NCBI RefSeq assembly: GCF_009914755.1
Contig: NC_060937.1
DNA: 64,000 bases
Strand: one strand, 5' to 3'
Origin: the human T2T-CHM13v2.0 reference genome, Homo sapiens
Part shown: positions 46,860 to 62,510 of the stretch, in pieces
Layout: each line of letters opens with the position of its first letter
Position numbering within the stretch: the first letter of the stretch is position 1
Program-made: the position numbers and the translations under genes
The notes under the pieces: model-generated
The model's database searches: none
Seen by the model: the letters and a program-made list of their open reading frames with translations, nothing else
What the model was told of the DNA's origin: nothing

Positions 46860-47770
46860 CATAAATACATACACACACACAAACATATACATATTTATAT
46901 ATATAAATATATATTTACATATTATATATATTTATGTATCATATTGTAATTTATTATATATTTTATATTATATATAATTATATGATATATATTATATATA
47001 ATTATATGATATATATTATATGATATATATTATATATATTATATATAATTATATGATATATATTTATAATAAATATTTTATATAAATAAATATTTTATAT
47101 AAATATATTATATATTATATAAATATAAATATATTTATAATATTTTATATACTATATAAGATATATCTTATATATTACATATTTTATATACTATATAAGA
47201 TATATCTTATATATTACATATTTTATATAATATATAAGATATATCTTATATATTATATATTTTATGTATTATTTATATATTTATATAAATTTTTATATAA
47301 ATATATAAAATATATAAAAATATATAAATATATATAAATATGTATATGTTTATGTGTGTATGTATTTATGACTTGGTGAGTTCTAATGTATTTATATATT
47401 TATATATAAATATATAAAAATATAAATAAATATATATAAATATAAAATATATATTATATATAAATAAAATATATAAATATAAAATATATATTATATACAA
47501 ATATATATAATATATATTATATACTATATATAAATAAAATATATATAAATATATATATTATATATAAATATATATAATATGTATAAATATACTTATTTAT
47601 ATATTATATATTACTATATATATTTATATAATATATTTATATATTACTATATATATTTATATAGTATATTTATATATTATATATTACTATATATATTTAT
47701 ATAGTCTATATATTTATATATTATATATTACTATATATAATAATATATAATATTTTATATATATATATCT
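46860..47770. repeat. ~900-bp TA-rich low-complexity tract with internal tandem and inverted repeats
   Basis: Almost pure A/T; 39-bp unit x3 at 47141-47257. Confidence 0.95.
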
Positions 47771-48201
47771 GGGAAAACAATATATAAGGTGAAATAGTTC
47801 TCCAGTTTCTCACAGCAGCATGACAGCTATATATTTCTGTTTCCTACAAGGTGCCTCCATTCACATTATATAGCTACTAGAAAGCAACCTTGGAAAATAT
47901 TCTCAGTGCTACTTTCTCCAGACTATATTGTTGAGAATAATGGTCCTCAACAACAGGAACGACAGGAATCACTGTTTTTCTAGGTAATTAGAAAAAAGGG
48001 ACTTAGAGGTTGAACAAATTCAGGAAATATCGTGCAAGTGGCTTCTATAAATAAGATAGGGCTCAAGATTTTGTGTTACTGAGAACCATAAGATATTCTC
48101 ATGCAGGTAGTCTACGCACAGGGTACACATGTCCCAGTTTATGCCAGCTGTTCCAGCATCCTTTTGATAAGGGCTTCTGACTGTCAAAATGTACCACTTT
48201 A

Positions 48202-48530
<329 letters not shown>

Positions 48531-49014
48531 TTAGATGAGAAATCAAATGGAAATCCTATTAATAGACCAAACTAGGAGAAATAATCTTTAAAGCATTCTT
48601 TCAACAGTTTGCCTTTTTAAATTCAAGTACTTTCGTACTCTTTCCACCTATTCCAGCTCTCCTCCCAGACCAGACAAAAAGCCGGGTACTAATACGACCC
48701 TTCTGATGCACTCTTTCCCTTCTATTTCCTCAATGCACTTTTGCGAGTTATCTAACAGATCACCATATTCCACAGTACATGCCCATCTGCAAACTTTTAG
48801 TATAGCCACAGCATTTTAAACGTAGATTGCCATCTGGCATTTCAACAATTCTGAAAGATCAGGGATAAGTATCTCCCACAATTGGTTGAAAAAACAGGAA
48901 GTATTATTACATCAATAGATAATAAGACTAAGGCTTTGCTACTAACTCGATTTAGGGGAAGACTACTCAAGCCAAGGGACTGTGATTTACTCAAGATTTT
49001 CTGAGAATTAAAGC

Positions 49015-49508
<494 letters not shown>

Positions 49509-50239
49509 AAAGTATAATTTTTCACAGCAAAAATCTGAAACCAAACCAAAGTTCCACCAGTAGGCAAAACTTGAATAAACCATTGCATATCTCTATGTTG
49601 CATAAGCAATTGCCAACACAATATACACCGTCCCTTTCTTCCTAACAGAACCCTTATACTGTTAGGTATGAAATAGGTTCAGTTATAAATTATATTTCTG
49701 GTCTTCCCAGGCAGATAAAACTGATTGGGATGTTACATGTGGGTATGTGTATATGAAAATATACAAATATACATGTGTGTAAATATATTCAGATAGAGAT
49801 ATAAATATATTTGAGATTACATATTATAATATATATTTTATTGCATAATAAAATGTATTATTTATATGTAATCTGGAAAAAGCATAAAAGGAGAAAAAAA
49901 GGTCACAACATCAACATCTCTTACAATCTCAAAAATGACAGCAGCTACCATTTACTGAGAACCTACCATGTGCCACATGTGAAAAGTAAAATAATGTATA
50001 TAAAGCACTTGATTGGTGCTTTATATACATTATTTTACTTATTCCTCACAAGAACCTTTAATATTTCCATTTCGCAGCTGAGTAAAATGAGGCTCAGAAA
50101 AGTAATGTTTTTCAAGGTCACAAACCAGTGATTTGTAGAACCAAAATTTTAACCAAGATATGTGTGACCTAAAGCTAGGGCTAAATGCAGAAACATAATG
50201 GCTTGACTGCCAACAATTATTTTCACTAAAATTATAGTT

Positions 50240-50556
<317 letters not shown>

Positions 50557-50813
50557 TAACATCAAATTGAAAAGATATAAATTATTATATGACTAGTAAC
50601 TAAGGGTGAAGAGAGAAGGTTGTAAAATACACACAAAAATTTTGGGACCTCTTGAAGTATGAAGTCATATCCACTGTCTTGTGAAGGTCCTTGTGTTTTA
50701 CTACCTTAAAAACAGTCCCCTACTAAATACATGTATGACAAAAGCAAACAGACCAATTGTCAACCTAATTATTTTCATAGAACAGATATTAAGACTCTAT
50801 GTCTGTAAGATAT

Positions 50814-51335
50814 TGTGCAGAGTAAAAGCAGGCCTGACAATACTAACCTTAGAAAGCCAGCATGCTTGTAAGGCTGGCTCCTGGGCACTTTGATTTCTCG
50901 AGGGTTTCCATTACCCCCTGATAAGGAATGGTTCACTATGCCTGAATTAGTTATGAAACAATATGGTCTACACTGAACATCTGCCTTCCTCCCAGGAGTC
51001 TGGAATTTTGGTACATACTAGGTAGGCGGTGCCTATGTGACCAGTTCCAAATAAGAACGCAGGGCAGAGTTTCTAAGGAGCTTGCCTAATTCCCATGTGT
51101 TGTTACAGTTCACTGCTAGGGGAATTAAGCACATCCTGTGCAACTCTGAGGACTTTGTAAGCTTGTGCTTGTTTTCCACTGGACTTGGCCTCATACACCT
51201 TTTCCATTTGCTGACTTTGCTTTATATCCTTTTGCTGAAATAAGCCAGGGCCATAAGCATAATTATATGCAGAGTCCTATGAGTCCTCCTAGAAAAATCA
51301 TTTAAACTGGGAGTGGTCCTGAGGACTCCAACACA
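50814..51335 (+). mobile_element. MER68-like (ERVL) solo LTR
   Basis: TG...CA termini; tgtgcag...gcaggcctgac...ccttagaaag start; gagtcctatgagtcctcctag near the end; aagatat on both flanks. Confidence 0.75.
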
Positions 51336-51417
51336 AAGATATAGAAGATAAAAACTCAGTTTGGTTATTCCTCTTATGTGTTTAAATAACCTGTAAGGTA
51401 TTAACACAAATCGTTAC

Positions 51418-51554
51418 CTCTTCCTTCTTTATATCTTTTTCTTGGTGTGGAAAAAATTCTACCTTCAGGCTTCCTGATGATGGCTGCTCTGGAGGAGGTA
51501 GGTAACTCTTTGTATTCACAGCATCAAAAAGTTTTTCCACAAATATCTGTGTCT
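51418..51554 (-). CDS. RBM26: RBM26 exon 3 (137 nt): ETQIFVEKLFDAVNTKSYLPPP...DIKKEE
   Basis: tttag|AG acceptor, GAG|gtaacg donor; phase 1 to 0. Confidence 0.97.
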
Positions 51555-51683
51555 CTAAAAATAAAACCAAACACCATAGATTAAAACACATTTGTTAAGA
51601 TTAATTCCCCGCTTCCACATCTCTTATCTCTAATATGATGAAACATACCTTGACTTTTATAAACTAGAAAATATACTAGCACT

Positions 51684-52220
<537 letters not shown>

Positions 52221-52475
52221 CTAGGTAAGATTCAAAGCAGTTTCCTAAGCAGTACTGGCTTTAAATAAATAGGCAGTCATTTTCTTAATCTTTTAATCTA
52301 TGTAAGAAAAAATATCAACATGCTTTAAGAATAAGCACATGGACATTACTGAGAGGTGGCATCCATTTTAAATAAGCTATGGATATACTCAATAATAATA
52401 CTGTTTATTTAACTTTGTTAAAATTAGGGCTTCTTACCGAGTTCCTTTAATATTCTGTGGATAAACTTATTTTAA

Positions 52476-52778
<303 letters not shown>

Positions 52779-52826
52779 TAAATAACTTTTTAAAATATAG
52801 TAGTATTTTTAAACCAAAGATCTTAC

Positions 52827-52945
52827 CTTTCTGAAGAAATACATCCAGCTGATCAATACATAATGCCTTTAACTCTTTTTCACTTTTGTCTTTCTTTACC
52901 AAAGCCAGAACATATTTTGCTAGGGCGGATGGATCTGCATCACAG
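52827..52945 (-). CDS. RBM26: RBM26 exon 2 (119 nt), PWI-like domain: CDADPSALAKYVLALVKKDKSEKELKALCIDQLDVFLQK
   Basis: tttag|C acceptor, AAAG|gtaaga donor; overlaps ORF 52750..52989. Confidence 0.97.
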
Positions 52946-53289
52946 CTAAAGAAAAAAACCAATGTTGAAGAAAATTTAGCCAACTGCACATTCTACAAAT
53001 TCCAGTTACAAACTGAATTAGTGAGAATAATAGTTAAGTGAGTTAATACATGTAAAAAGCACCCGGGTCACAGAGGACCTTGAAGAAATTTAAGTTCTCT
53101 TTATACTAACACTCCTTAATGCTATGTGTAGCCATTTTATTTCTTAAAAACATACCCATCAGTATATTAGTTTAAACAGCAAAAAAAGAAAGTCTAGAAA
53201 TGGATCCAAATGTACTAGGAATTCAGATTTTATAAAAGTGGCATCCAAACCAACTAAGAAGAGATAAATTATGCAATAAACAGTATTGA

Positions 53290-53592
53290 GGCCAGGCACA
53301 GTGAATCAGTCCTGTAATGACAGCACCTTGGGAGACCTAGGCGGGCAGATCGCTTGAGCCCAGGAGTTCAAGACCAGTCTGGGCAAAATGGCGAAACCCA
53401 GTCTCTACCAAAAAAAAAAAAAAAAAAAAAAATTAGGCATGGTAGTGTGTGCCTGTAGTCCCAGCTACTCGGGAGGCTGAGGGAGAAGAATCATCTGAGC
53501 CCAGAAGTTCAAAGCTGCAGTGATTTGGGATCACGTCACTGCATTCCAGTCTGGGTGACAAAGTAAGAACCCTATCTCAAAAAAAAAAGAAA
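53290..53592 (+). mobile_element. AluJ
   Basis: Alu consensus with expanded middle poly-A; TSD gtattgag. Confidence 0.93.
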
Positions 53593-54549
53593 ATGTATTG
53601 AGACAACTTGGCAGTTGCCTTTTACAAAATAAACTTGGAAACATGTCAGAGGAAAACACAATTTATTTAACCCTGGAGTAAGGAAGACACAAAATCCATA
53701 TTATCAAAAAAGTAATGTGATTATAAAAAACAGAACAAAAAAAAAAACTCAGAATGAAGAGTCAACCAATGAAAAACAAGCTCAGTTTATCTCATCACAA
53801 AAAGGCTAATTCCCCTAACCCACAGTGTTTTTACCGAGACTAACATTATAAGAGAAAAAAAGACAAAGGATATGAATAGATGCTAAAACATAAAATAAAT
53901 AAAAATGACTCTTAAATGAGTAAAAATTCAACCTCACCCATAAGAGAAATACAAATTTAAGTTACACTGAAATATTTTTCAGTTATCAGGTTGGCAAAAT
54001 CCAATAAATATGAAAATGTATTCTGGTGGCAAGACTAATGAAAACGCAATTCTAAACATGAGCTGGTGTGAGTAAACTGGTAGCTGATAGAATACTCTGG
54101 TAGTATCAAGGTCACAAATGCAATTTACATCTACGAATTTATTCTACACATATACTCACGTGTTCAAAATGACATGTGTACAAGTTATTCATTGTCATAT
54201 TGATTGTAAAATCAAAAATGTGCACATGTCCATTTAGAGAGAACTGGAAAAATAAACTGTATTAAAATCCACACAAAAGAATGACATGTAGCAAAAAGAT
54301 AAAAAGACAGGTAATGAAGTTTTCAACCCCTAAAGAAATCTTCATATCAATTCATTAAATTTAAAATGCAAGACAAAGAAAAGGTTTGTATAGTATTTGC
54401 CATTTGTGTTGGGGGAGAAGAGAGAAATCTGGTTTATATATATGTGGAAGGATAAATAAACTACGGCTATCTGGACAGGATGATAGTATGAACTAAGTAA
54501 AGGAGGGACAGGGTAAGAAGGGAAAGTTTTTAAAAAAAAAAAACCACAT

Positions 54550-54945
54550 AATAATTGTATGTATTCATAGAGTACAATGTGATATTTTGATACCTGTATG
54601 CAATGTGTAATGAACAACCAGGGTAATTAGCCTATCTATCACCTAAAACATTTATTTCTTTGTGTTGGGAACATTCAAAATCTTCTCTTCTAGCTATCTG
54701 AAAATATATAATAAATTAACTGTAGTTACCCTACAGTGTTAAACAACACTAGAACTTACTCATCCAATCCAGCGTAATTTTGTATCTGTTAACCAACCTC
54801 TCCCTATCTCCCTACCACCCTTCCCAGCATTTGGTAACCACTATTCTACTTTCTACTTATATGAGACCAACTTATTTAGCTCCCATATATGAGTGGTAAC
54901 ATACAGCATTAATCTTTCTGTGCCTGGTTTATTTCAATTAACAAT
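54550..54945 (-). mobile_element. L1MA 3' end
   Basis: gtacaatgtgatattttgatac...tttgtgttgggaacattcaaaatc...ggtaaccactattctact. Confidence 0.85.
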
Positions 54946-56959
54946 GTCAGGACGGGAAATTTTTGATGTCTGAACTATTTTCATCCAATTCAAAAGAATG
55001 ATATAATTGTTTATAACTAAGCTAAAATTATTAAGATTTTACAAGTTAGAGTAACTAACAATAAAATAATAGCAGTAGTTAATTACTAACACTTACTCAA
55101 CAATTACTAACACTTACTCAACACCTAGTTTGTGCCATGAACTGCACTTCTAATTTTACATACTATATTGGGCTCTCACTTTACTGATAAAGAAACTGAG
55201 GTTCAGAGAAAAGCTAAGTAGACTTCCCAAGACTACACAGCAAGGAAATGAATCAAGATTTAAAACTAAATCTCATACTCCAAAGTCCACATTCTTAACC
55301 ACCACACTAGACTGCCTCTTACAACGAGGTGCCAGAAACCTGACTTCCAATTTACTTTTTAAACACCTAGAGTTACAGTCACTCCCTATCAACCAAATCA
55401 ACCAGACATCAACCAAACTAGACATCAAGCTAAACATATTTCAATTTACTGGAAATCATTATGATACATAATAATATTATTATTATGTTTTATTGCAACT
55501 GCTGTATATAAATTCAGTCTACACTGAGTCTAAATGCTGTAATTTAATATTGGTTTGATTGTTGTGGTGAATTTTTAACTTATTAGTGGTTTTTCCAGTA
55601 ACTTACCTGTCATTTTTCAATTCTCTCAACGAAATACCAAATCTATTTCATTTTTGCACCATTATTTTTTAAATAGGACATTTTAAAACTGAATTAAAAT
55701 GTTAGCAGCTAAAAATCTAGAGGAAGGCTTTCATGATTTTTATAATTATTATGGTCTATAAACCACAGTTGGATAAAACAGCAAGACAGAATTAAAGAAG
55801 AATCTCTGCTCAACATCTTCTGTAGAAGCAATCTGAACTGAATAAAAAACCATTAGCCACAACAAATATACTACCATATACAGTTCTAAATCCTTGAAAT
55901 AATTTGAAAGGCAGATGACTTTTTAACATTTGTTAAAAGTTCAAATTATATAGAAGCAGGGGTTATAATTTCACATTTAATGGCAAAACAACTGAATTTG
56001 CATTTGGGAAACAATTTTTCTTAAGTCCTACAAGAAGTTCCATTTTTACTTCAATATTTTTGAAAACAAAAAGCTGAGTAAAAAATATGGACCACAGAAA
56101 TTTAATAATATACTGAAATGTTATGTATCAGGAACAGAAAGGCAAAACCTATGTTCTCTTTTCTATTTGTCTTAAATGTTATATTATCTGAACTTCTAGT
56201 GATGATGTTATGCAAAGTCAATTAAATAAACATTCAAATTAACTAATTAAAAAAACTATATTCATATAGCAAATTATTTTTAAAAATTATCTCCATGGCT
56301 AGCAAGATTGTTCGAGGTACTTTACCAGTTGCCACTGCTGATAAAAGGTTTGTAATTTGAATGATCTATATCTTGTCAGAGCTAGACTTTTCTTTACCCC
56401 TGCTATATACTGCTAGCATCCTGAAAATGTGTGAAAGAAAAAGTAGACCTGAAATTGCCTTATAGATCGGGGAAAAAAAGAATCAAGTTTTGAAAAGTAT
56501 TTCTTAGCTCCCACAAACAACAAAATCTGCCAATAAAGTATGATTATGATCACCAAGTGCTCCAACTGCAATTACTCTTCTGTGTGTGTGTTGGGGCTGG
56601 TGAGGGAGCAGAATACAAACAAAAGCAAAAACTACAAAATAAGGCATGAGATCTAACTCAACAATAGCATTTGTAGAAGGCAAATAGAAGGTGAAAACTT
56701 AAGCACTTTAGTAAACGGTTAAGTTAAAGGAAATGAAAGTGTGAAATGGCTGGGGGGGAAACATAAATTATAAACATGCAATAAAACAGAAAACTGAGAA
56801 CTAGACAGGAAAGAGTGCTGCTCTCCTATGCAGTAGAGTGTTAGTGCTTTCAGTTCTAGGTTCCACCTTTATAAATGCATAAACAAACTCAAACAGATTC
56901 TTAGAAAATGACCAAGATGGTAAATGGATATCATTATTAGATGGTTTTCTAGGGATTCT

Positions 56960-57300
56960 CAGCCTAGAGAACTGAAATGTCAGAGAGAACTTGGTAAGTC
57001 TTCAAATAATTGAAAGGTTATCACAAGGAAAAAGGATTACATTTGTCCAATATATCCTCCAAGGAATGTAACTAAAGCCAGTTTTACATTTGTCCAATAT
57101 ATCCTCCAAGGAATGTAACTAAAGCCAGTAAGCAGAAGCAGCCAAACAGGTTTTGGCTTAAAATAGAGATAGGCTTTTTTTTTTTTTAAATAATCAGAGG
57201 CCTCCCAAAGGCAGAATAAACTGCCTGAGGGTTCTCCTTCATTAGAATGGTTTCAAGCATAGGCTGAACAGCTCTTGGCAAATAAGCACTGGACTGGATA
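56960..57300 (+). mobile_element. L3/CR1 remnant
   Basis: gtcttcaaataattgaaagg...aaactgcctgagggttctccttcattagaatggtttcaagcataggctg. Confidence 0.55.
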
Positions 57301-58331
57301 GTAAATCCCACACAAGTATCAATGAGTAAAATCATTAGGTTTAAATCTGTTCATAAGATACTGTGCAAATATATGAAATATAAAATAACACATTAGTCTG
57401 TTCAATTACTGATCTACATATATTAGTAATAGAAAAGCATTTTTTAAAAATTACACTGTAGATAAAATACACACTACAAAAGATCTGAGACATATTAATA
57501 GTTACTAAGAGAGAGAATATACATACAAATATATGTCTCACTAGATCAATGGCTCATTTCTGTCAGGGAATCTTTCATCTTCATATAAAGCTTGATGAAT
57601 AAAATAAGAAAATAAGTATGTTGGGTTTAGTGATTATCGTCCAAATATCGCATTCATTATTCAAGAAAATTTTAAAAGCACCTACTCTGTCACTGTTCTA
57701 GATCCTGAAAATACAACTTTTAGAAACATCACTGTTGCCACGGAATTTACATTGGGGGGTGGGGGGAGCCAATATGCATATTACACAAACACACGTTTAT
57801 AGTATGTATTGTCATGTAGACACGTGCTCTGAGGAAAAATCCAGGTTGAAAAGATAAAGTGTAAAGGAGGAGAAAGGAAGAAAGGTAAGGAGAAAGAAAA
57901 CAGAAAAGATAAAACAAGTATTATTTAAGATCATCAAGGAAGGACTCTGTTGAAGGGACATTTAAACAGGGATCTGAATTTAGATAGGAATGGAAATGGA
58001 ATGCAAATATGCTTTATGGCTATCCGGAAAAGAAAAAATTTTAAAAAGCCCAGGCCAAGGGAACCCATCAGAAAGAGCCTAAGGCCTACTTGACCTTCTT
58101 GACACATATGAGGGACAGGAGTCCAGTGAAATGGAGCAAAGTGAGCATTCACGAACACTGGGGTTTCCAATTTTAATTCTCCAAGGATTTCAAATTAACT
58201 GCTTCAGTGAGCTTTGGCAAATTAAATTTCCAAATCACTATGAAGTCATTCACATCAATGATTTTAAAGGCATAAAAATAAAACTTTGTCAATTCCTGAA
58301 TATACTGTGTTAAGGATACAGCTAATAAAGT

Positions 58332-58642
58332 TTTTTTTTTTTTTCTTTTCATTTCATTTTTTTAGAGACAAAGTCTTGCTGTTACCCAGGCTGGAGGGCG
58401 GTGGTGCAATCATGGTTCATTGAAACCTTGAACTCCTGCCAAGAGATCCTCCCACCGCTGCCTCCCCAGTAGCTAGGACTACAGGTGCACACAACTACAC
58501 CTGGCTAATTTTTGTTTGGGTGTACAAATAGGGTCTTGCTCTGTTGACCAGGCTGGTTTCGAACTCCTGGCCTCAAGTGATCCTTCTTCCTCGGCCTCCC
58601 AAAGTGTTGGGATTTACAGGTGTGAGCAATAGTGCCCAGCTG
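58332..58642 (-). mobile_element. AluJ, minus strand
   Basis: Reverse Alu consensus. Confidence 0.9.
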
Positions 58643-59630
58643 GCATCTTTGTTTTTAAAAACAGTTCAGTTGGAGACTTCCAGCTTCATGCATACCCTTT
58701 AAAAGCATAGAAGTGACCATCTAAGAAGGTCATTCTCTTCCAACTATATCTGGGGTGGAGAGGGAAGTACACACACTAAAGTTACAGAAGCCAAATTAAT
58801 ACAGAAAATCAAATGTTATAATAAAATATCTTTAAAAACTAAATATTCTTAACAAGAAACAAATCACCTCTGGAAATAAAGGTTGTACTAATCCCCCAAC
58901 ACACCCATAGTGTGTTTTAGTTTTTCAGATTTTCAAAACAGTAATGAGACCGTAAAGAAAGCTATAATACTCCAATACAATATTTCAAAAAGTTTGTTTT
59001 GCACGAGTTTCTTGGAGACTTTAGAAATTCAGTAGAATATAACTCACGGAATTTAACCCAAGCTTCCATTTTCAGTAATCTTGAAAAGAAGCTGGAGGTG
59101 GTAGTGGGAATTAAAAATTAAATTTAAATATGTTAACTGAGAAACTTTAGAACACGGATATGCACCCACGTCTGTTCTTTCCAAATTTTCATTTTATATT
59201 CAGGAAAAATATCTAATTTGCATCAAAGTCATGATTTTATATTCTGTACTTAGAATTACTCTTTTAAAAATCCAAATTTCATTGCAGCAAGCATAATACA
59301 TACATTGAAAATTTTAATTGTAGTTTATTACATGCTTCACTTAATTCAAACAAGAAAGCAAAAATAGATTACTTATATACAGTAATTAGTTACAGCAAAG
59401 ACTACTCATTAAGAGTTATTATACACCCAGTTCATTCTACAAAATAAAATCAAAATATAAGCATATCTAAATATGATCCATCCTTGAGCATCACACAATC
59501 TATTAATACTTCTTCATCACTGCAAAATGTATCACAATACATGTAATTATAACACTGAAAACTATTGGCCAGTTCTTTTATTCCCCCACATCATTCCAAG
59601 AAATAGCATGATTCCATCTTACTTTTAGAA

Positions 59631-60469
59631 CAGTGGTTCTCAAACTTTTTGGTATCAGGAGCCCTCTATGCTTTAAAAATAGGAACCACTCCAAACAGCT
59701 TTTTATTTAAAAGAGTTATATCAATATTTATTAAGAATTAAAATTGAGAAAAAATTTAGTTTAGTTTGATATAATAAATCCATTAAAACTAGCATAAAAA
59801 CTCTCTATATTTGTTTGAGTAATCAGAAGAAGAATTTATGTGCAAACAAACAGGAAGCCCATATGTGGGGCTGGCTTTTTTTCTGAATCCAGGAGTTCAA
59901 ATCATATCACCAGGACTCTCTATTCTGCATTTTTCACTTTCAGAAATGCTCTCTATGTGTGGCAAAAATGATGGCCCCCAAGCAGTTCCCAGCTTACATT
60001 ATTCTAACAGCTAGTGAAACCAGAAAAAGGAGGCTACTCTTCTCTCCCCCAGCATCCGTACTGGCCTCTGAAAATGACTCATCTTCCCCATTTAGGTCAT
60101 ATCCCCACTGCAGGTCAGGGATAGGCAGAGCTCTATGATAAATAGCCTCACCTGAAATTAAATACCATATTTTTAAAATTAAAAAAAAAACACAAAAACT
60201 ATTTTTCCAAAATAAAATACAAATTTTCTGAGAAGAGTGACCAAGTTTTACACTTTTTGCAAATACCTTTGTTTGGCTTAATAGAAGACAGGCCGATTCT
60301 TACATCTGTTTTTACATTCAGTCTGTTATGACATGTTATACTGGTTGAAGTACATGAAGAAAACCTGACCTGACACAGATACATAGTTGGAAAAACAAGG
60401 ACCTCATAGACACCATGAAAGGCTCTCAGGAAATTCCAGGAATCCTGATATCACACTTGAGAACCATAG
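59631..60469. mobile_element. Charlie1-type hAT element with 8-bp TSD (t/c)tttagaa, interrupted by an MLT1-like LTR piece (~59800-60150)
   Basis: TIRs cagtggttctcaa and ttgagaaccatag; 8-bp TSD; internal ggcttaatagaagacag, ggttgaagtacatgaagaaaa. Confidence 0.75.
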
Positions 60470-62227
60470 CTTTAGAAGTTACATAACTTCTAAATTAAAT
60501 AAAAAAAAAAAAAGAAGTGCCCATTAAGTGTCAAAGACCCAATAGTCAGATAACAAAACCAAAGTAAAAGTTTGTACTGTTCAGTGCAAACAGCAGCAGC
60601 CCAAATGACAAATTAAGCCCAGATAGTTGTGGTTATAATTATGGTTATACATCAAGCCACAGAACTCTCTCTTTAAAAAAAAAAAAAAAAAAAAAGGTGT
60701 ATCTGCAATATGGTAACCCATGACTAACCTTCATATTTAGGGTTTTTTTTTTTTTAATTCCTATTCATAGTTGAGGAAGAATTGAGTTATCTGAGAAAAG
60801 ACTGGTTCTAGAGGCCACCCCCACTCCATTACTCACATTCTGTCTAGTTAACAACAGATCTCAGGTAACCCATCCCTCTGGTTACTAAAATGAGAGAGCA
60901 GAGGCTAGTGAACATTTTCTTTTAAAACCAAAAAGGCAAAATTATCCAAAAGAAATAGCACTAAAACTAGAAATACAAAAAACCTAGTTCTATCACCCTG
61001 TTGGATAAATTTGGCTGAGTCGATTAAGCCTTTAACCTTTTTCTCATATTTCTTTAAAAGGTCTGGCTAATGCTGTGTGGTTATATATGTTAGAGATTCA
61101 CTTCTAAGTCTTTCTCTAACATTGCTACCAAAATTTTCTGATACGGTTACCACAGTCATGCCAAAATTTATCTTTAAAAATGAGAAATTATTATGGACAC
61201 TTTTCCGGTCATGAATCTTAAGACTAAGCAAACTAAGCTTCAGTTTTTTCATCTAACAGCTGACTTGCCAAACTAGAAATAATTACAAATAAATATAATT
61301 ACAAATAAGACACACTTTATTAACCTGCCAAGCACCCTAACAATCGTTAAGGGATTACTAAATAATGAACTATGATAAAAAAAAAATGCCTATAATCACC
61401 CCTAAAAATATACTTTAGTTAAATTCTGGTTGCTATATTTTAAGTCCTATATTACCTTTCAAACCTACTTTGTCCCAAGCCAAATTGTTAGCCTTTCCAT
61501 GAAGCAGTCTGGTATTGAAGAAAAGCACTGAACTGTACTCCAAAAAACAATTTTCAGATTTCCAGTCTGGTGTTATTTCTGCTTTATTCACTAGTTATAT
61601 AATCCTGCGTTAGCATTTTATTTCTCTAGGCTTTAGTTTACTCATTTAAAAAAAAAAAAAGGCACTGAACCATACGATCTGAAAAAGTGGGTCATTTTTG
61701 TGAAAAAATATTTGGCTTTCACCATCTTGCGCTCTTTCTCCCTTCCCATTCCAGTAACTTTTAGTTAACTGAATTTCAAAATAATTTAGTACATAGCATT
61801 AGAATCTTCAAGAGAATTTTTTTTCTTTATGTCTTTCTAAAGAGTCACAGAATCCCATTTCCTCAGCACTCATGACCAAATTTTGAGCCCTTAGAAGGCA
61901 TAAATAAATTCTACTTAATAGAAACATTTTGTGTATTTCTCCTAAATTGCCAGACCTATATAATTTCTGTACATTGTTTCTACCACTGTTACATAGTAAC
62001 TACTGGTATGTTTGACTGTTTCTCCCATTGGTATTACAGATAACTATGCCTGCCTTTTCCCTAGAACAAATCACAATGTATTGAGAAGGAGCTTCTAATT
62101 ACCAACATTATAGCAATCTAAATTCAGGCATTTCACAACTCACTCTTAAACTAGACTAAGAAATAGCTAACTAGTCTTCCTTTGTCTTCAAAACGTTTTA
62201 TCTAATCAAACCTCTACATGCCATAAA

Positions 62228-62510
<283 letters not shown>

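Noticed and set aside
47141-47257. Regularly spaced palindromic repeats superficially like a CRISPR array
   Set aside because: Direct tandem units without unique spacers, eukaryotic intron context, no cas genes.
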